This document shows positions 1-64,000 of a stretch of 64,000 nucleotides of DNA, piece by piece. The position numbers and the translations under genes are program-made. Source of the stretch: the human T2T-CHM13v2.0 reference genome, Homo sapiens; NCBI RefSeq assembly GCF_009914755.1, contig NC_060939.1; one strand, 5' to 3'. The notes beneath the pieces were generated by a model. It ran no database searches. It was not told the DNA's origin and saw only the letters and a program-made list of their open reading frames with translations. Positions within the stretch are counted from its first letter, which is position 1. The number at the start of each line of letters is the position of its first letter.

Positions 1-5
1 TGTTT

Positions 6-36
<31 letters not shown>

Positions 37-117
37 GAGTCTCACTCTGACACCCAGGCTGGAGTGCAGTGGCATGAACTTGGCTTATTACAGTCTCAAC
101 CTCTGGGGCTCAGGTGA

Positions 118-7955
<7,838 letters not shown>

Positions 7956-7972
7956 AAATATAAGACACCTGG

Positions 7973-7975
<3 letters not shown>

Positions 7976-8015
<40 letters not shown>
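7976..8015. repeat. (AC)20 microsatellite
   Basis: direct read. Confidence 0.95.
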
Positions 8016-8018
<3 letters not shown>

Positions 8019-8357
8019 GGCACGCACAAGGAAAGGTGGAATCTGTTAGAAAACAAAACAACATGAGAGAATATTACTAAAATTACAGTTCAAGGTATAA
8101 GTTGGAAGTCTGTCTTATTAGACTTTTCATTTGTTTATAATTATAATTGATATTATAATTATAATTAAATATTGACATTGTTAGAGTAAATAATAATTTT
8201 TTTTTTTCAGATGGAGTTTCTCTCTTGCCATCTACGCTGGAGGCCAGTAGCACGATCTTGGCTCACTACAAGCTCCACCTCCCAAGTTCAAGCAATTCTC
8301 CTACCTCAGCCTCCTGAGTAGCTGGGATTACAGGTGCCTGCCACCATGCCTCGCTGA

Positions 8358-8501
<144 letters not shown>

Positions 8502-8604
8502 TAAACTATAAATTAATAAATTAAAAACACAAAACACTATTATATTTTCCTAAATCTTGATTGCTTTTCTTCTGCTCACCTTATTATAATAGTCTTTCAA
8601 TTAG

Positions 8605-8853
<249 letters not shown>

Positions 8854-9511
8854 TGATCTTGAACTCTTGAACTCAAGTGATCTGCCAGCCTCAGCCTCCC
8901 AAAGAGCTGGGATTACAGGTGTGAGCCACCATGCCTGGCTGAATTTTTGTTTGTTTGTTTTTATTATTACCATTTTTTAGAGATGGAGTCTCGCTGTGTT
9001 GCCCAGGCTGGAGTACAGTGGCACGATCTCAGCTCACGCAACTTCTGCCTCCCCAGTTCTAGCAATTCTCCTGCCTCGGCCTCCCAAGTAGCTGGGACTA
9101 CAGGTGCATGCCACCATGCCCGGCTAATTTTTTGTATTTTAGTAGAGACGAGGTTTCACCGTATCACCCAGGCTGGTCTCGAACTTCTAAGCTTGGGCAA
9201 TCCACCCTCCTTGGCCTCTCAAAGTGTTAGGATTACAGGCGTGAGCCACCATGCCTGGCCTTAAAATTTTTACTTTAAGTAATATTCTATTTTCTATAAA
9301 AATATTTAAGAACAGCAAATTAGAAAATAAACCAATTCAACACTAAATAAATAAATAGAGTCTCTTGTGGACACTTTAAAAAGTGCATTCTGGGCCGGGC
9401 GCAGTGACTCATGCCTGTAATCCCAGCACTTTGGGAGATCAAGTCAGGCGGATCACGAGGTCAAGAGATTAAGACCATCCTGGCCAACGTGGTGAAACCC
9501 TGTCTCTACTA

Positions 9512-9738
<227 letters not shown>

Positions 9739-9959
9739 CTAGCACCTTTGGAAGGCCGAGGTGGGTGGATCACCCAAGGTCAGGAGTCCAAGACCAGCCT
9801 GGCCAACATGGCGAAATCCTGTCTCTACTAAAAATTCAAAAATTAGCCGGGCATGGTGGCACTCCAGCCTGGGTGACAGAATGAAACTCCATCTCAAAAA
9901 AAAAAAAAAAATGCATTCTGAGGCCAGGCACAGGTTGTTCATTTGCCTTACAATGTTTT

Positions 9960-10385
9960 TAAGGAATGCTCTCTGCACAGCCACTTTTCTGCCCTGAATA
10001 AGTTAGAGTTAGGCAAAACAAATGTAGGCACTTTGTGTCAATCCTTCAAGTAGCCCACCAACAAATTAGAACAGAGAAAATTCTTTGAGAATAAGGTCTT
10101 CTCCGCTCCCTCTGGAACCAGGAACCAGGGTCCTACATTGAGAACGTGGGCTGTCATCTTCAAGAGCACAACAAAGCCAGGGAGGCAGGGTGGGGCAAGA
10201 GTGAGTAAAAATGCTGCAAAGCTTTTCTGCCATTTTTAGGTTGCCTCTTTCTGGATTCAGCATTTTCCTGGTTACTGAAAATCTTTTACTATTCTCCAGA
10301 GTTCTCACAATGTTGGTTCTAGCAGTTTTTTCTTACTTTTTGGTGTTTCTGTGGATGAACAAGCCCTTGGAGCTACCTACTTAAC
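9960..10385 (-). mobile_element. probable L1M 5'-end fragment
   Basis: Resembles the L1MC/MD-type 5' UTR in antisense (..cagagttct..ggtgtttctgtgga..ttggagctacctac); recognised from memory. Confidence 0.5.
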
Positions 10386-11436
10386 ACATGATTTAATTTT
10401 TACGTTTAGATTTCCGATCCATATGGAGTTTATCCTGGTATACAGTGTGGGTTCAATTTCAATTTTTGTCAAATGCCTATTCAATTTACCCCCCGTCCAT
10501 TTACTGAAAAGTCTTTCTGGCTGGGTGTGGTGGCTCACACCTGTAATCCCAGCACTGTGGGAACCCAAGGGGGGGTGGATCACCTGAGGTCAGGAGTTCA
10601 AGACCAGCCTGGGCAACATGGCAAAACCCCATCTCTACTAAAAATACAAAAATTAGCCAGGCATGGTGGCTTGTCCCTGTAATCCCAGCTACTCAGGAGG
10701 CTGAGGCAGGGAGAACTGCTTGAACCCAGGAGATGGAGGTTGTAGTCAGCTGAGATCCTGCCACTGCACTCCAGCCTGGGTGACAGAGTGAGACTCTGTC
10801 TCAAAAAAAGTCTTTGTGTCACACCTGTAATGCCAGTGCTTTGAGAGGCCAAGGCAGGAGGATCGTTTGAGCCCAGGAGTTCTGGGCTGCAATAAGCTAC
10901 GACTGCAAAAATCAAAACTAAAATGAGATTTTATAGAATGATTTAAAATGTGGTAGGGCTAGTATTTGCTCACTGCTCTTCTTTTCAGGGTTTTTTCTCT
11001 CTCTCTTCTCTTTCTCTCTCTCTCTCTCTCTCTTTTGTGGTAGCATCTTGCTCTGTCCACCCAGGCTGGAGCGCAGTGGCGTGATCATAGCTCACTGCAG
11101 CCTTGAACTCCTGGGTTCAAGTGATCCTCCCGTTTCAACATCCCAAGTAGATGAGACTACAGGCACACACCACCATGCATAGCCTTTTTTTTTTTTTTTT
11201 TTTCTGGAGAGATGGGGGTCTCACTATGTTGCACAGGCTAGTCTTGAACTCCTGGACTCAACAATCCTCCTGCCTCAGCCTCTAGAGTTGCTGGGATTAC
11301 ATATGTGAGCCACTGCACCCCACTCATTCTTCACTGTTCTTGGTTGTGTATTTTTCAATGAAAACTTTAGAATTCAGGAGTGATATTTCTATGATGTTTA
11401 GTTGGCCTATGCAATTATCCTTTTTTTTTTTTTTGA

Positions 11437-11817
<381 letters not shown>

Positions 11818-12149
11818 TGATCCACCCGCCTAGCCCTCCCAAAGTGCTGGGATTACAGGCATGAGCCACTGCGCCCGGCCTTATTTTTTTTCAGTAGAGA
11901 CAGGTATCGCCATCTTGGCCAGGCTTGTCTCAAACTCCTGACCTCAGGTGATCCACCTGCCTCGGCCTCCCAAAGTGCTGGGATAACAGACATGAACCAC
12001 TGCGCCCAGCCAGCAATTATACATTTTTAAGTGTACTTTTGTGTCTTTGTGGATTGCCTAACTAGCTTTCTAATTTACTACTTTCTTATATTCTAGGAAG
12101 CATGGGCATGGGGGCAGAGAGAAGGGTAAAAAAATAAGAATATCCCTAC

Positions 12150-37866
<25,717 letters not shown>

Positions 37867-38160
37867 CCCTGCCGGAACACCCACTCATCCCGCTCTGCAG
37901 AGGGGGGTACCCCATCAGCTCAGAACCCAAGCCCCCTGGCTGTGGGTGGGGCTGGGGATGGAGATGAAAAGCATAAGAGGGAACTATAAGGGGAAACAAA
38001 ACAAAGCTATAGGAAGAAGGATCAACAAGAAAGGAGGCATATGGGCTATGACTTGAGATGCTAAAAGAGCCATAAAAGAAAAGCAAGGTATCCCTTTTCC
38101 TCCCTGCTCACCCCACCCCAACCAATAAATTAGTAAGAGGATCAGATAATCAGCCCTTAC

Positions 38161-38254
38161 AATGCCGGCATGTCCCTGATTTGGCCAGCAAGAAACATTA
38201 ACTTCAGGCAGCAAATGGGAAAGGCAGGTCCTCGAGGAAGGCTACTCTTGAGTC
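38161..38254 (-). other. PPIP5K1: candidate PPIP5K1 non-coding 5'UTR exon
   Basis: ccttctcttctggtag acceptor; ATT|GTAAGG donor (alternative GTGAG donor at 38111); splice-signal inference only. Confidence 0.4.
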
Positions 38255-38490
38255 CTACCAGAAGAGAAGGTTAGAGTGACATTTCAAACTTTGGACTCAT
38301 TTCACAATGTTCCTAGCCCTTTTCCACCTCCTCACAGTAGTGTTGAATTCAGTAATTTAATTCAAAGGCAGAGGAATGAGAGAGCTCAGCTGCCTTTCCC
38401 CTTAAACCTCTTCTTCATTCTTCCCAAAGATTAACTCAAAAAATATTTATTGAGGGCACCCTACATTCTAAGCATTATATCAGAACATTA

Positions 38491-40110
<1,620 letters not shown>

Positions 40111-40405
40111 GAAGACAAATGCCCAAGTTCAGAAAACCTGTTCAGGGAAAGAGGTCTAGTGTGGTTGGGAGGTTGAGAATACAGGCATCCATACAGTAGT
40201 CTCCAGCCCACTCTCAAACTGAAATCTCAATGTTCTCTCTAGTGTCCCCTGGTACTATAGAACCAGTGCTAGTCTAGGCCAAGGTCCCTCACACCAGGAG
40301 CTACAGTGAAAAAAAAAAAAATCCTGCCTAAAACTGTACCAGTAAGAATATCTTAAGACTTTAACTTGAACCAGCAGTTCCACTTCTGTGTACACACAAG
40401 TAATG

Positions 40406-40613
40406 TAGTTGTTCTCAACCAGCTGTGATTTTGCTACACAGGGGACTTTTGGCAGGAGACATTTTTGGTTGTCACAATTGGAAAGGTACTATTGGCGTCT
40501 AGTGAGTAGAAGCCAGGGATACTGCCAAACATTCTAAAATGCGTAAGATATCTCCTCACAACCAAGAATTATCCAGCCTTAAATCTCAGTAGTGCTGAGG
40601 TAGAGAAACCCTG
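40406..40613 (+). mobile_element. MER20 (hAT-Charlie) DNA transposon
   Basis: tagttgttctcaacc..ggagacatttttggttgtcacaa..agtgctgaggtagagaaaccctg. Confidence 0.85.
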
Positions 40614-41363
40614 CTGTAGAGAAATTCTCCTACATAAGACTTTTGTGAGGAACTTCTTAATCCTCTTCATCTCTCTGTTGGTAATGAGAAAAACTGAAAA
40701 CAGTTCAGAGGTTACAAGTAGAATCCATAAATATAATGTCATATATAGAAATGATAGACTAATAGCAATGTAAAAATAAAAGCTATATGTAATAAATGGA
40801 CAGTTTCCAAATACAAACTGCAGAAATATACCTGCAGTACATCGCTATTGTATAAATACAAATGTTACATATGGTTTATGACTGCATATATAATTAGTAG
40901 AAGTATAAAAACAGGGACTGGAAAGAAAGACATCAAATTCATGATAGTGGTTACCTTTGAGAAGGGAGAATGGAACTGAGGATTCAAATGGTACTCCACA
41001 ACCTTATCTACAATGTTTATTTCAATTGTAAAAAAGATCTGAAGCAAATACACAGGTTAACATTTGTTCCTATGAATTGTAAGGATATGAATATCTGTTA
41101 TTATTTTCCAAAAATAAAAATTGAGTCACACATCAGCAATTTTCCGTGGTCTCCAAAAGTTCTCAGAAACACTGACCAATGACTCTAGTGAAAGCCACAA
41201 ACTCCTTAAGTAAATGAACTTGTCTTACAGAAATAATATCTTATATATGTAATTAGTCTCATAGATTTTGAAAACAGTCTTGAACAATTATTTTCTCTAT
41301 CTTTATTTCAAACTCTTTCATTACAACTGGGGTTTGCAGTTTTGACTAGAAAGTTCTAGCTGA

Positions 41364-41688
<325 letters not shown>

Positions 41689-43249
41689 TTATATAGACCT
41701 CGACCTCTCGACCTTTCCAGTTTTCATTATCTGCTGTCTTTATTTCTCAACTGCCACGGGGGTGCGACATTCTCCTTAGGCTTAATATTTCTTGTTGTGC
41801 ACTGCAGGTCTCACACACACACTCTTACCCCTGATAAAAACGCTATTTTTTTGAATTCCTTTTCAGTGACCTGACCCAATTTCCCTGACTTGGGACATTC
41901 CCAAGGTCCCTGTATAGTTTGAGCAAGTAGAATTTTGTTGCATTCTTTATCTTCGCTCTGAAGCCGGGACTTTCTCTCAACTCTAAGATTCCTAACCCTT
42001 TGCCCTTTCTTCCATTGAGTCCTTCCTCGTTTTCCACTGAATGTACACTCATGTTCTTGAAATTCTACTGCAACTACATAACGGGGCATGGTAACTAATA
42101 GAATAGGGAAGAGACTGTTTACAAATATGTGGCTGAAGAGAGACGAAAGGTCTAAATTCCCAGTTAACAAAGCAAAAATAGAAGCCTGACAGAAATAGCT
42201 ATGAAATAAGCCAGGATTTATTTAGATGCACCTCTGGGAGAAGATGGGCTTTAATGTGGTGTTCCCAGAGCCGCTTCCCTGTTTTCCATGCTCTTCTCCC
42301 CATCCGCCTCTCCCCCAAGCTTTGTTGTGAAAGAAAAGAAAACTTCACACTCCACACTGGGCTAAAGGGCAGTCTTACTCTGACAGGAATCAATGTGAAT
42401 GGAAGGAAAGAAGCAAGGAGATAGGCGAGTAAGGTAACGAGGGAGGGGCAGGCAGGCAATCTTCTCAGGAACATCTATGTTAGATCTGGAGAAGGGGTAG
42501 AAGGGAGGGTAAACGGTGTAACTTCTTTAACCCTTAGAATTTAGGGCTCCTTGCATAGTCATCTAATTTCCTAAATCACTATGCACTTGATGGTGGACTC
42601 CATTGGTAGCGAAGAGGAAATATCAATACAAATTCCAGGCAGGAATACTTCCAACACAGAAAAACTCCTCAGGCCACCAACACTATTTTCTGCCCACCTT
42701 GAACAGTGGACGCCTCACTTCCTTCTTAATGCAATTTTTAATTCTTCAGACACACTCCTCATTCCGACTCTGATCAACTGTGCTCCTCTCCCTGTTCTCA
42801 GTATCAGCTGCTTCGTTTCGCCTTCTTTCCCCAACTTGCTATGACTCTTGCCCCAATACTGACTGCAGCCTCCCCATCCCACCCCGCATCATTGGTCAAC
42901 TAATTCCATTAATCCAACTAATCCTCGCACTCACTGATTGCCCAGTATTAAACTCCTTCACCCTCTCGCACGAGTCATCATACTTGGTAACATCTTTATA
43001 TTGACCCCTCAGTGACCCCCCACAATGACGACCTGCCATCCATTCTTTCCTCACATCACCCCTCCCTCCAGGCTGTCTTCTCTCAGCCGCAACCCATTCC
43101 TCAAGCTACCCCCTTCCTCCTGGACTCCAGCCCCACCCCTCCTGGCGCAGATCCCTTCCACCTTGATCCTCTCCCCTGTACGACTCCGCTCCTCCATCCT
43201 CCCACAGGACCCCCTCTTCCTCACGCAGACCCCCACATACCTATCTCCT

Positions 43250-43700
43250 CTCCCGCCGACCCCCTCCTCGGTACTCTCCTCGCACAGCTCCGGGTCACGA
43301 ATACCGCCCTCGCATCCCGACTCCACTAGCCTTTGCCCGCCCCCGCCTTCGCCGCCTCACTCTCCCTACGCTGACACTAAGGCCCCTCCGCTGGGCCTCT
43401 TCCCAAAGCGGAGCCCACCCGGAACGAACCCCAGCCCTGGGAACCCACCAAGCCCACTCTACCGCGCCCACCCGGTCCGATACCGCCCCCAGCCCCAGCC
43501 ACTCCCCCACCGCCCCCGGCCTTCACTCACCCGCCTCCCTCCGCTCGCGCAGCCGAACCTGCAGGCAGCGACACCTGACAGCGGCCCAATCAAAGCGCGA
43601 CTTCTTTGCGGTTCCACCAATCAGCGAAGGGCGCGCACCGGTAACAGAGTCAGGCTGCGTTGGCCGGCGCTTCTGCGCGGAGGAGCGTGACCCCTAGTGG
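43250..43700 (-). promoter_or_regulatory. PPIP5K1 CpG-island promoter with tandem CCAAT boxes (43586-43590, 43617-43621) and GC boxes
   Basis: High CpG density; two CCAATCA motifs 31 bp apart; CCGCCC motifs. Confidence 0.85.
43531..43580 (-). other. PPIP5K1: PPIP5K1 non-coding first exon (5' end approximate)
   Basis: GCGG|GTGAGT donor at 43530 inside a CpG island, just downstream of two CCAAT boxes. Confidence 0.7.
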
Positions 43701-44257
43701 CTCTGGGAGGGAATGCAACTTGATGCTCCCTTCCTTTGATTTCTTAGTGTGTCGCCAAAGTCCAGAAGCGTGGTCTAGACAGAGACGTTTCATGAGACGA
43801 CGGGGTGGGTGGGAAGCCTCATGCTGAGAAAGAGGAAGAGGCAGAGTTTGTGCCATTGCTGTTCCTTCAGAGCAAAAACCAGGTCTTCCCTTTGTCTTAT
43901 GAGACAAAACAGGGTCTCATATATGTACAGATCCAATAAATAAAGGTTGAAAATTTTAACAGATGTAAAGAGGACTGATAGGGAGACTGGAGACAAAAAA
44001 GAGACAAGGAGAGAAGCAGATAAGAAAGTTAAGGGAAGGAACAGAGAGACATTTACAGAGGAGGCAAGAAAGTGGATGGACCTGGAACTCTAGACAAATT
44101 GATTCCTATCTCCACAGCCTGCTTTTTCTCTATGCTCCAGACAAAGCTGGATTTGAATCCTGGCCTTACCTCTAATAGCTGTGCAGCCTTGAGCGACTCA
44201 CTTAATTTCTCTGAGCCTTTATTTTTCTCATCCATAAAAATAGGATTAAAAACCTAG

Positions 44258-44885
<628 letters not shown>

Positions 44886-46399
44886 CACCTCACTTAAAGG
44901 TACTGATAATATGAAAGCATTTTGTATTGTATATGTTATTGCTCTTATTATCCTCGCATCTTCACTTGGGTTTCCCTGGTCAAGACAGTTGTTCCCTTTT
45001 CCTTCTCTGCAATATTAGGGGTCTTGCCACTTTTCCAGTCGTGCCTCATTGTACTGACCCCACAAGGCCTCCTGAATGGACATAGAAATGATTCTAATGG
45101 CTTGAATAGATTATTCTAAGAGGAATAGATGCCTCCCTAGTTCATGCTCAGGCTCATACCCCCTCCACCACTCTAGCCCTTCAAACTAGCTATTACAGCA
45201 TCTTCCAGGTATTTAACTCCCCTTACTATCCCCATGAAAATGTAGACTCTGTCCCCAGTAATCATTGGAACAATCCAATTCAACTCAATGAAATAATACA
45301 TATAAAAGTTCCTTGTAATTGTAAAGTGCTTTAAAAATATTAAATACTATTGACAACAATAATTCTTATTAAATAAATGAAATACCATATAACAATACCA
45401 TATATTGATTACTTCCATATGCTGCAAAATAATTTTTTAAATGAGCATTAATATATTATGTGCTTGTAAAAGGCACACAAGGGATAAGAAAAGTGCATAA
45501 GTACATGTGTTTTCTCAGTGGAATTATTGTTCACATTTGGGAAGCTACTCTCTAAACTTGGGTAATTTCTCTACTCCTCTGGCTGTCTTATTTCTCCTTC
45601 GGTAATTATCTCTTCCCACTTCCTATTCCTTAGTAACACCCTCTCAATCAAATAGCAACCCTACTGCTCTGGAAGATTATCTCCCTATTTATCTGGATAA
45701 ATACACGCTATTCTAAGAAATTATATTTATTTACTCATGGCTACTTTTCAACCTAGGTAAAGAGGCCCCACAACACAGGTAACATTTTCCACACTACAGC
45801 TGCATAACTCTGTTCTCTAATAATTGATGTCTTACCAGAAGAAGAAGGGATGGACCCAAGAGAGAAGTGGACACTTCTAAGAATACCCACAAATGACAAA
45901 GGTAGAATAAAAGGACACAAGGAAGGCCTAAGGAGAATGAAGGGAATGAGAGTAATATGGGGGAATTTTCTATGTAAAGGGAATTCTCTTTCCCAAATAC
46001 TCTCTGTTAAGATTTCCAAGTATCTGTCTTGTGGGTACACCAGGATAGCAGAGGGAAGGGACTAATGCCACGGTGCTACTCCACCTTAACTGACCCTCCA
46101 CGCTGAAGCCCCTCATCTCTATTTCAACTCTAGCATTCATTCTCCTTGCTACCAGGACAAAGGTCAAATCATACCTGGAGCTGGGAAACAAAGCCCTCTC
46201 AAATCTGAATATGTGTTTCACGAGGAGAGAGAGAGCAGCAGAGGGGACCACGAGGAAGGCAGAGATTCCCTGACGACCTCATGCCTTTGTACACCACTCG
46301 CCTTTACTCTCTGGATTAAACAGCATTAGGGAGACAAGAGAGGAAACACATGTGGTGTCTGGAGACCTGTGCCTGCCTGTTCCAGTCCCACACCCAGTC

Positions 46400-46630
46400 A
46401 TCTCACCACACCCTTCACCTCACTTTACCTTCTCCTCCAGCACAGGAACTAGGAACTACGGAGAGAGAAGCCAAGGGAGAGGAGGAGGAGGAAACTAACG
46501 ATTCCCTGCCCACCCCCACACCCAGCACCACCAACAGGTGGGCAAGCTTGCCGAGAAAACGCAGAGGGCATCCTGTGAGCAGCAAACACATCTGAGCCTG
46601 GAAAAGACGCAGAGAAGTAAAAGATCAAAG
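46400..46630 (+). other. CKMT1B: CKMT1B upstream non-coding exon (5' end approximate)
   Basis: AAG|GTGAGG donor at 46631; matching acceptor ctctcctgcag at 47403. Confidence 0.6.
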
Positions 46631-47577
46631 GTGAGGTAGGGGACGTGGAGGAAAGTGGGAGAGACAAAAGGAAAACAAAAAGTGGGGGATCATGAGAAGC
46701 AGAGGCAGGAAATAACAGGGCTTCAGACTTGGGTGCAGAATGGAGGTGGAGGACACAGCACAGATGGCATAAGAATTAATATTTCCTTGGTTCCTCCCAG
46801 GGAGTCCTTTCTCAACTTTGTAAGGCGTGCACAGAGGTGGCAAGGAAGCACCTTGCTCCTCTTCCTGGTTCTAAGGAAAAGGTGACCTTGAGCCAGTGGG
46901 TGTCTTTCCCAGTGCCTGCCTCTAACCCTGTGCTTTCTCCATATCCTCCTCTGGTATCTGTGTTTATTCCGCGGTTTCCCCGCGGCTGCCCCCGGGAGAC
47001 CGAAGAGGTGGCTGGGGCAGGCCGAAAGCAGAGGAAAGGTTGGGCAGTGTCACCCTTGCACACCCACAGGGTAGACGGATCGAGTTTCAGCTTAAACCGA
47101 GGGGTGTGGGGGAAGGGTGTTGGGTTCAGCTAGTCCACGTGGGTGCTGTCCTCCACTTGGTGCTGAAATCTGGGCGGCCACATCCCCGGGGCGGGAGGGG
47201 GCTACATCCCCGGCTTTAGACGCGCGAGTCTCAGGTCCCGCTAATTACCTGGCGGGTGCTGCCCACCCCTGCCCTCGCGCACCTAGCGCGGTGGCAGGCG
47301 GGAAGGCGGGGCCTGGGGGAGCCCCACCCCTGGAGACTGCGGCTGGGGCCTCCCTCTCCTCCGCCCGCCCGCCTGCCACTAGCTCATTGCGCCTCTCCTG
47401 CAGTCTGATTGGCACCGGCTCCCATTCCGGCTCCAGCCTCCAATCCGACCCCCATTTCGGCTGCAGCCTCGGACCTAGCTCCGGCCCTCGGTCTATCCGG
47501 TTGCATCCTCCCTCCCTGTTCCGGATCTTATCTTGCGCCAGCGCCTACTCCAGGATCCCGTAGCCAGACCTCAAGCC

Positions 47578-52632
<5,055 letters not shown>

Positions 52633-52740
52633 CTCCCCATCGCCAGCTGATGACTCAAGATTCCCAGGAGTTCTGCTCATTCTAATGATGGCCCATTCTA
52701 CTTGCTCTGGACCTGCCCCCGCATCCCCTGCCTCCATCCT

Positions 52741-52746
52741 AGTAAA
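52741..52746 (+). terminator. likely CKMT1B polyadenylation signal (variant AGTAAA)
   Basis: Only PAS-like hexamer noticed shortly after the stop; followed ~25 nt later by GT-rich tgtctgtgtt. Confidence 0.6.
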
Positions 52747-52970
52747 GACTCCTTGCTATGCTGCAGCTGTCTGTGTTACTTCTAATGGTGGGGTGAGGAG
52801 GGAGCAGCCTTCAGGAAATGAAAAGAGGCAGTGGGATTATTTATGATGGAAAGAGACTCCAGATATGGCAACCCAGGAACACTGATTCTCAGGTGGGTGG
52901 AAAGCATTAACATTTTACCCATATTCCTCATCAGCTTCTGAAAATAATCAGGATGCACTTCTGTTTGCAC

Positions 52971-52976
52971 TTTATT
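52971..52976 (-). terminator. STRC polyadenylation signal AATAAA
   Basis: tttatt on plus strand, ~55 nt past the STRC stop. Confidence 0.75.
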
Positions 52977-53030
52977 CATTATGACTTAAGATTTCTCTCC
53001 CCACAATCTCCTTCTACTGTAGAGACAGGC

Positions 53031-63982
<10,952 letters not shown>

Positions 63983-64000
63983 CTAGTTAGGCACCAGGCA

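Noticed and set aside
43025-43690. 221-aa Pro/Ser-rich plus-strand ORF
   Set aside because: Arises from the C-rich strand of the CpG island and intron 1, where stops are scarce; no recognisable domain.

Overview
Human (or great-ape) genomic DNA from the chr15q15.3 PPIP5K1-CKMT1-STRC locus. Minus strand: the promoter/first exon (~43.5 kb) and 27 core coding exons of PPIP5K1 (37866 down to 12150; the last exons lie beyond the left edge), all with GT-AG boundaries and one continuous open frame. Plus strand: the complete 9-coding-exon mitochondrial creatine kinase gene (47578-52632, 417 aa). Minus strand: STRC exons 15-29 (63796-53031; numbering from recalled gene structure), ending tail-to-tail with CKMT1. 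The intact frames and the absence of CATSPER2 exons in the first 12 kb indicate the functional copy (PPIP5K1/CKMT1B/STRC) of the tandem segmental duplication. Bases 1-12000 are one old L1M element shredded by more than 20 Alus. There is no prokaryote-type system. The most interesting signals are: (i) an Alu-free stretch of PPIP5K1 introns carrying an array of frame-preserving phase-1 cassette exons, including two candidate microexons (15 nt with a TACTAAC branchpoint plus TGC; 6/24 nt with a perfect CAG|GTAAGT donor) and RBFOX/NOVA motif clusters; (ii) a spacer-extended REST/RE1 site, a perfect ERRE and a DR1 upstream of the CKMT1B coding start; (iii) a MER5A>U6 retrocopy>AluY nest with readable target-site duplications in an STRC intron. 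All coordinates were read by eye. Repeat boundaries and subfamily calls are approximate.
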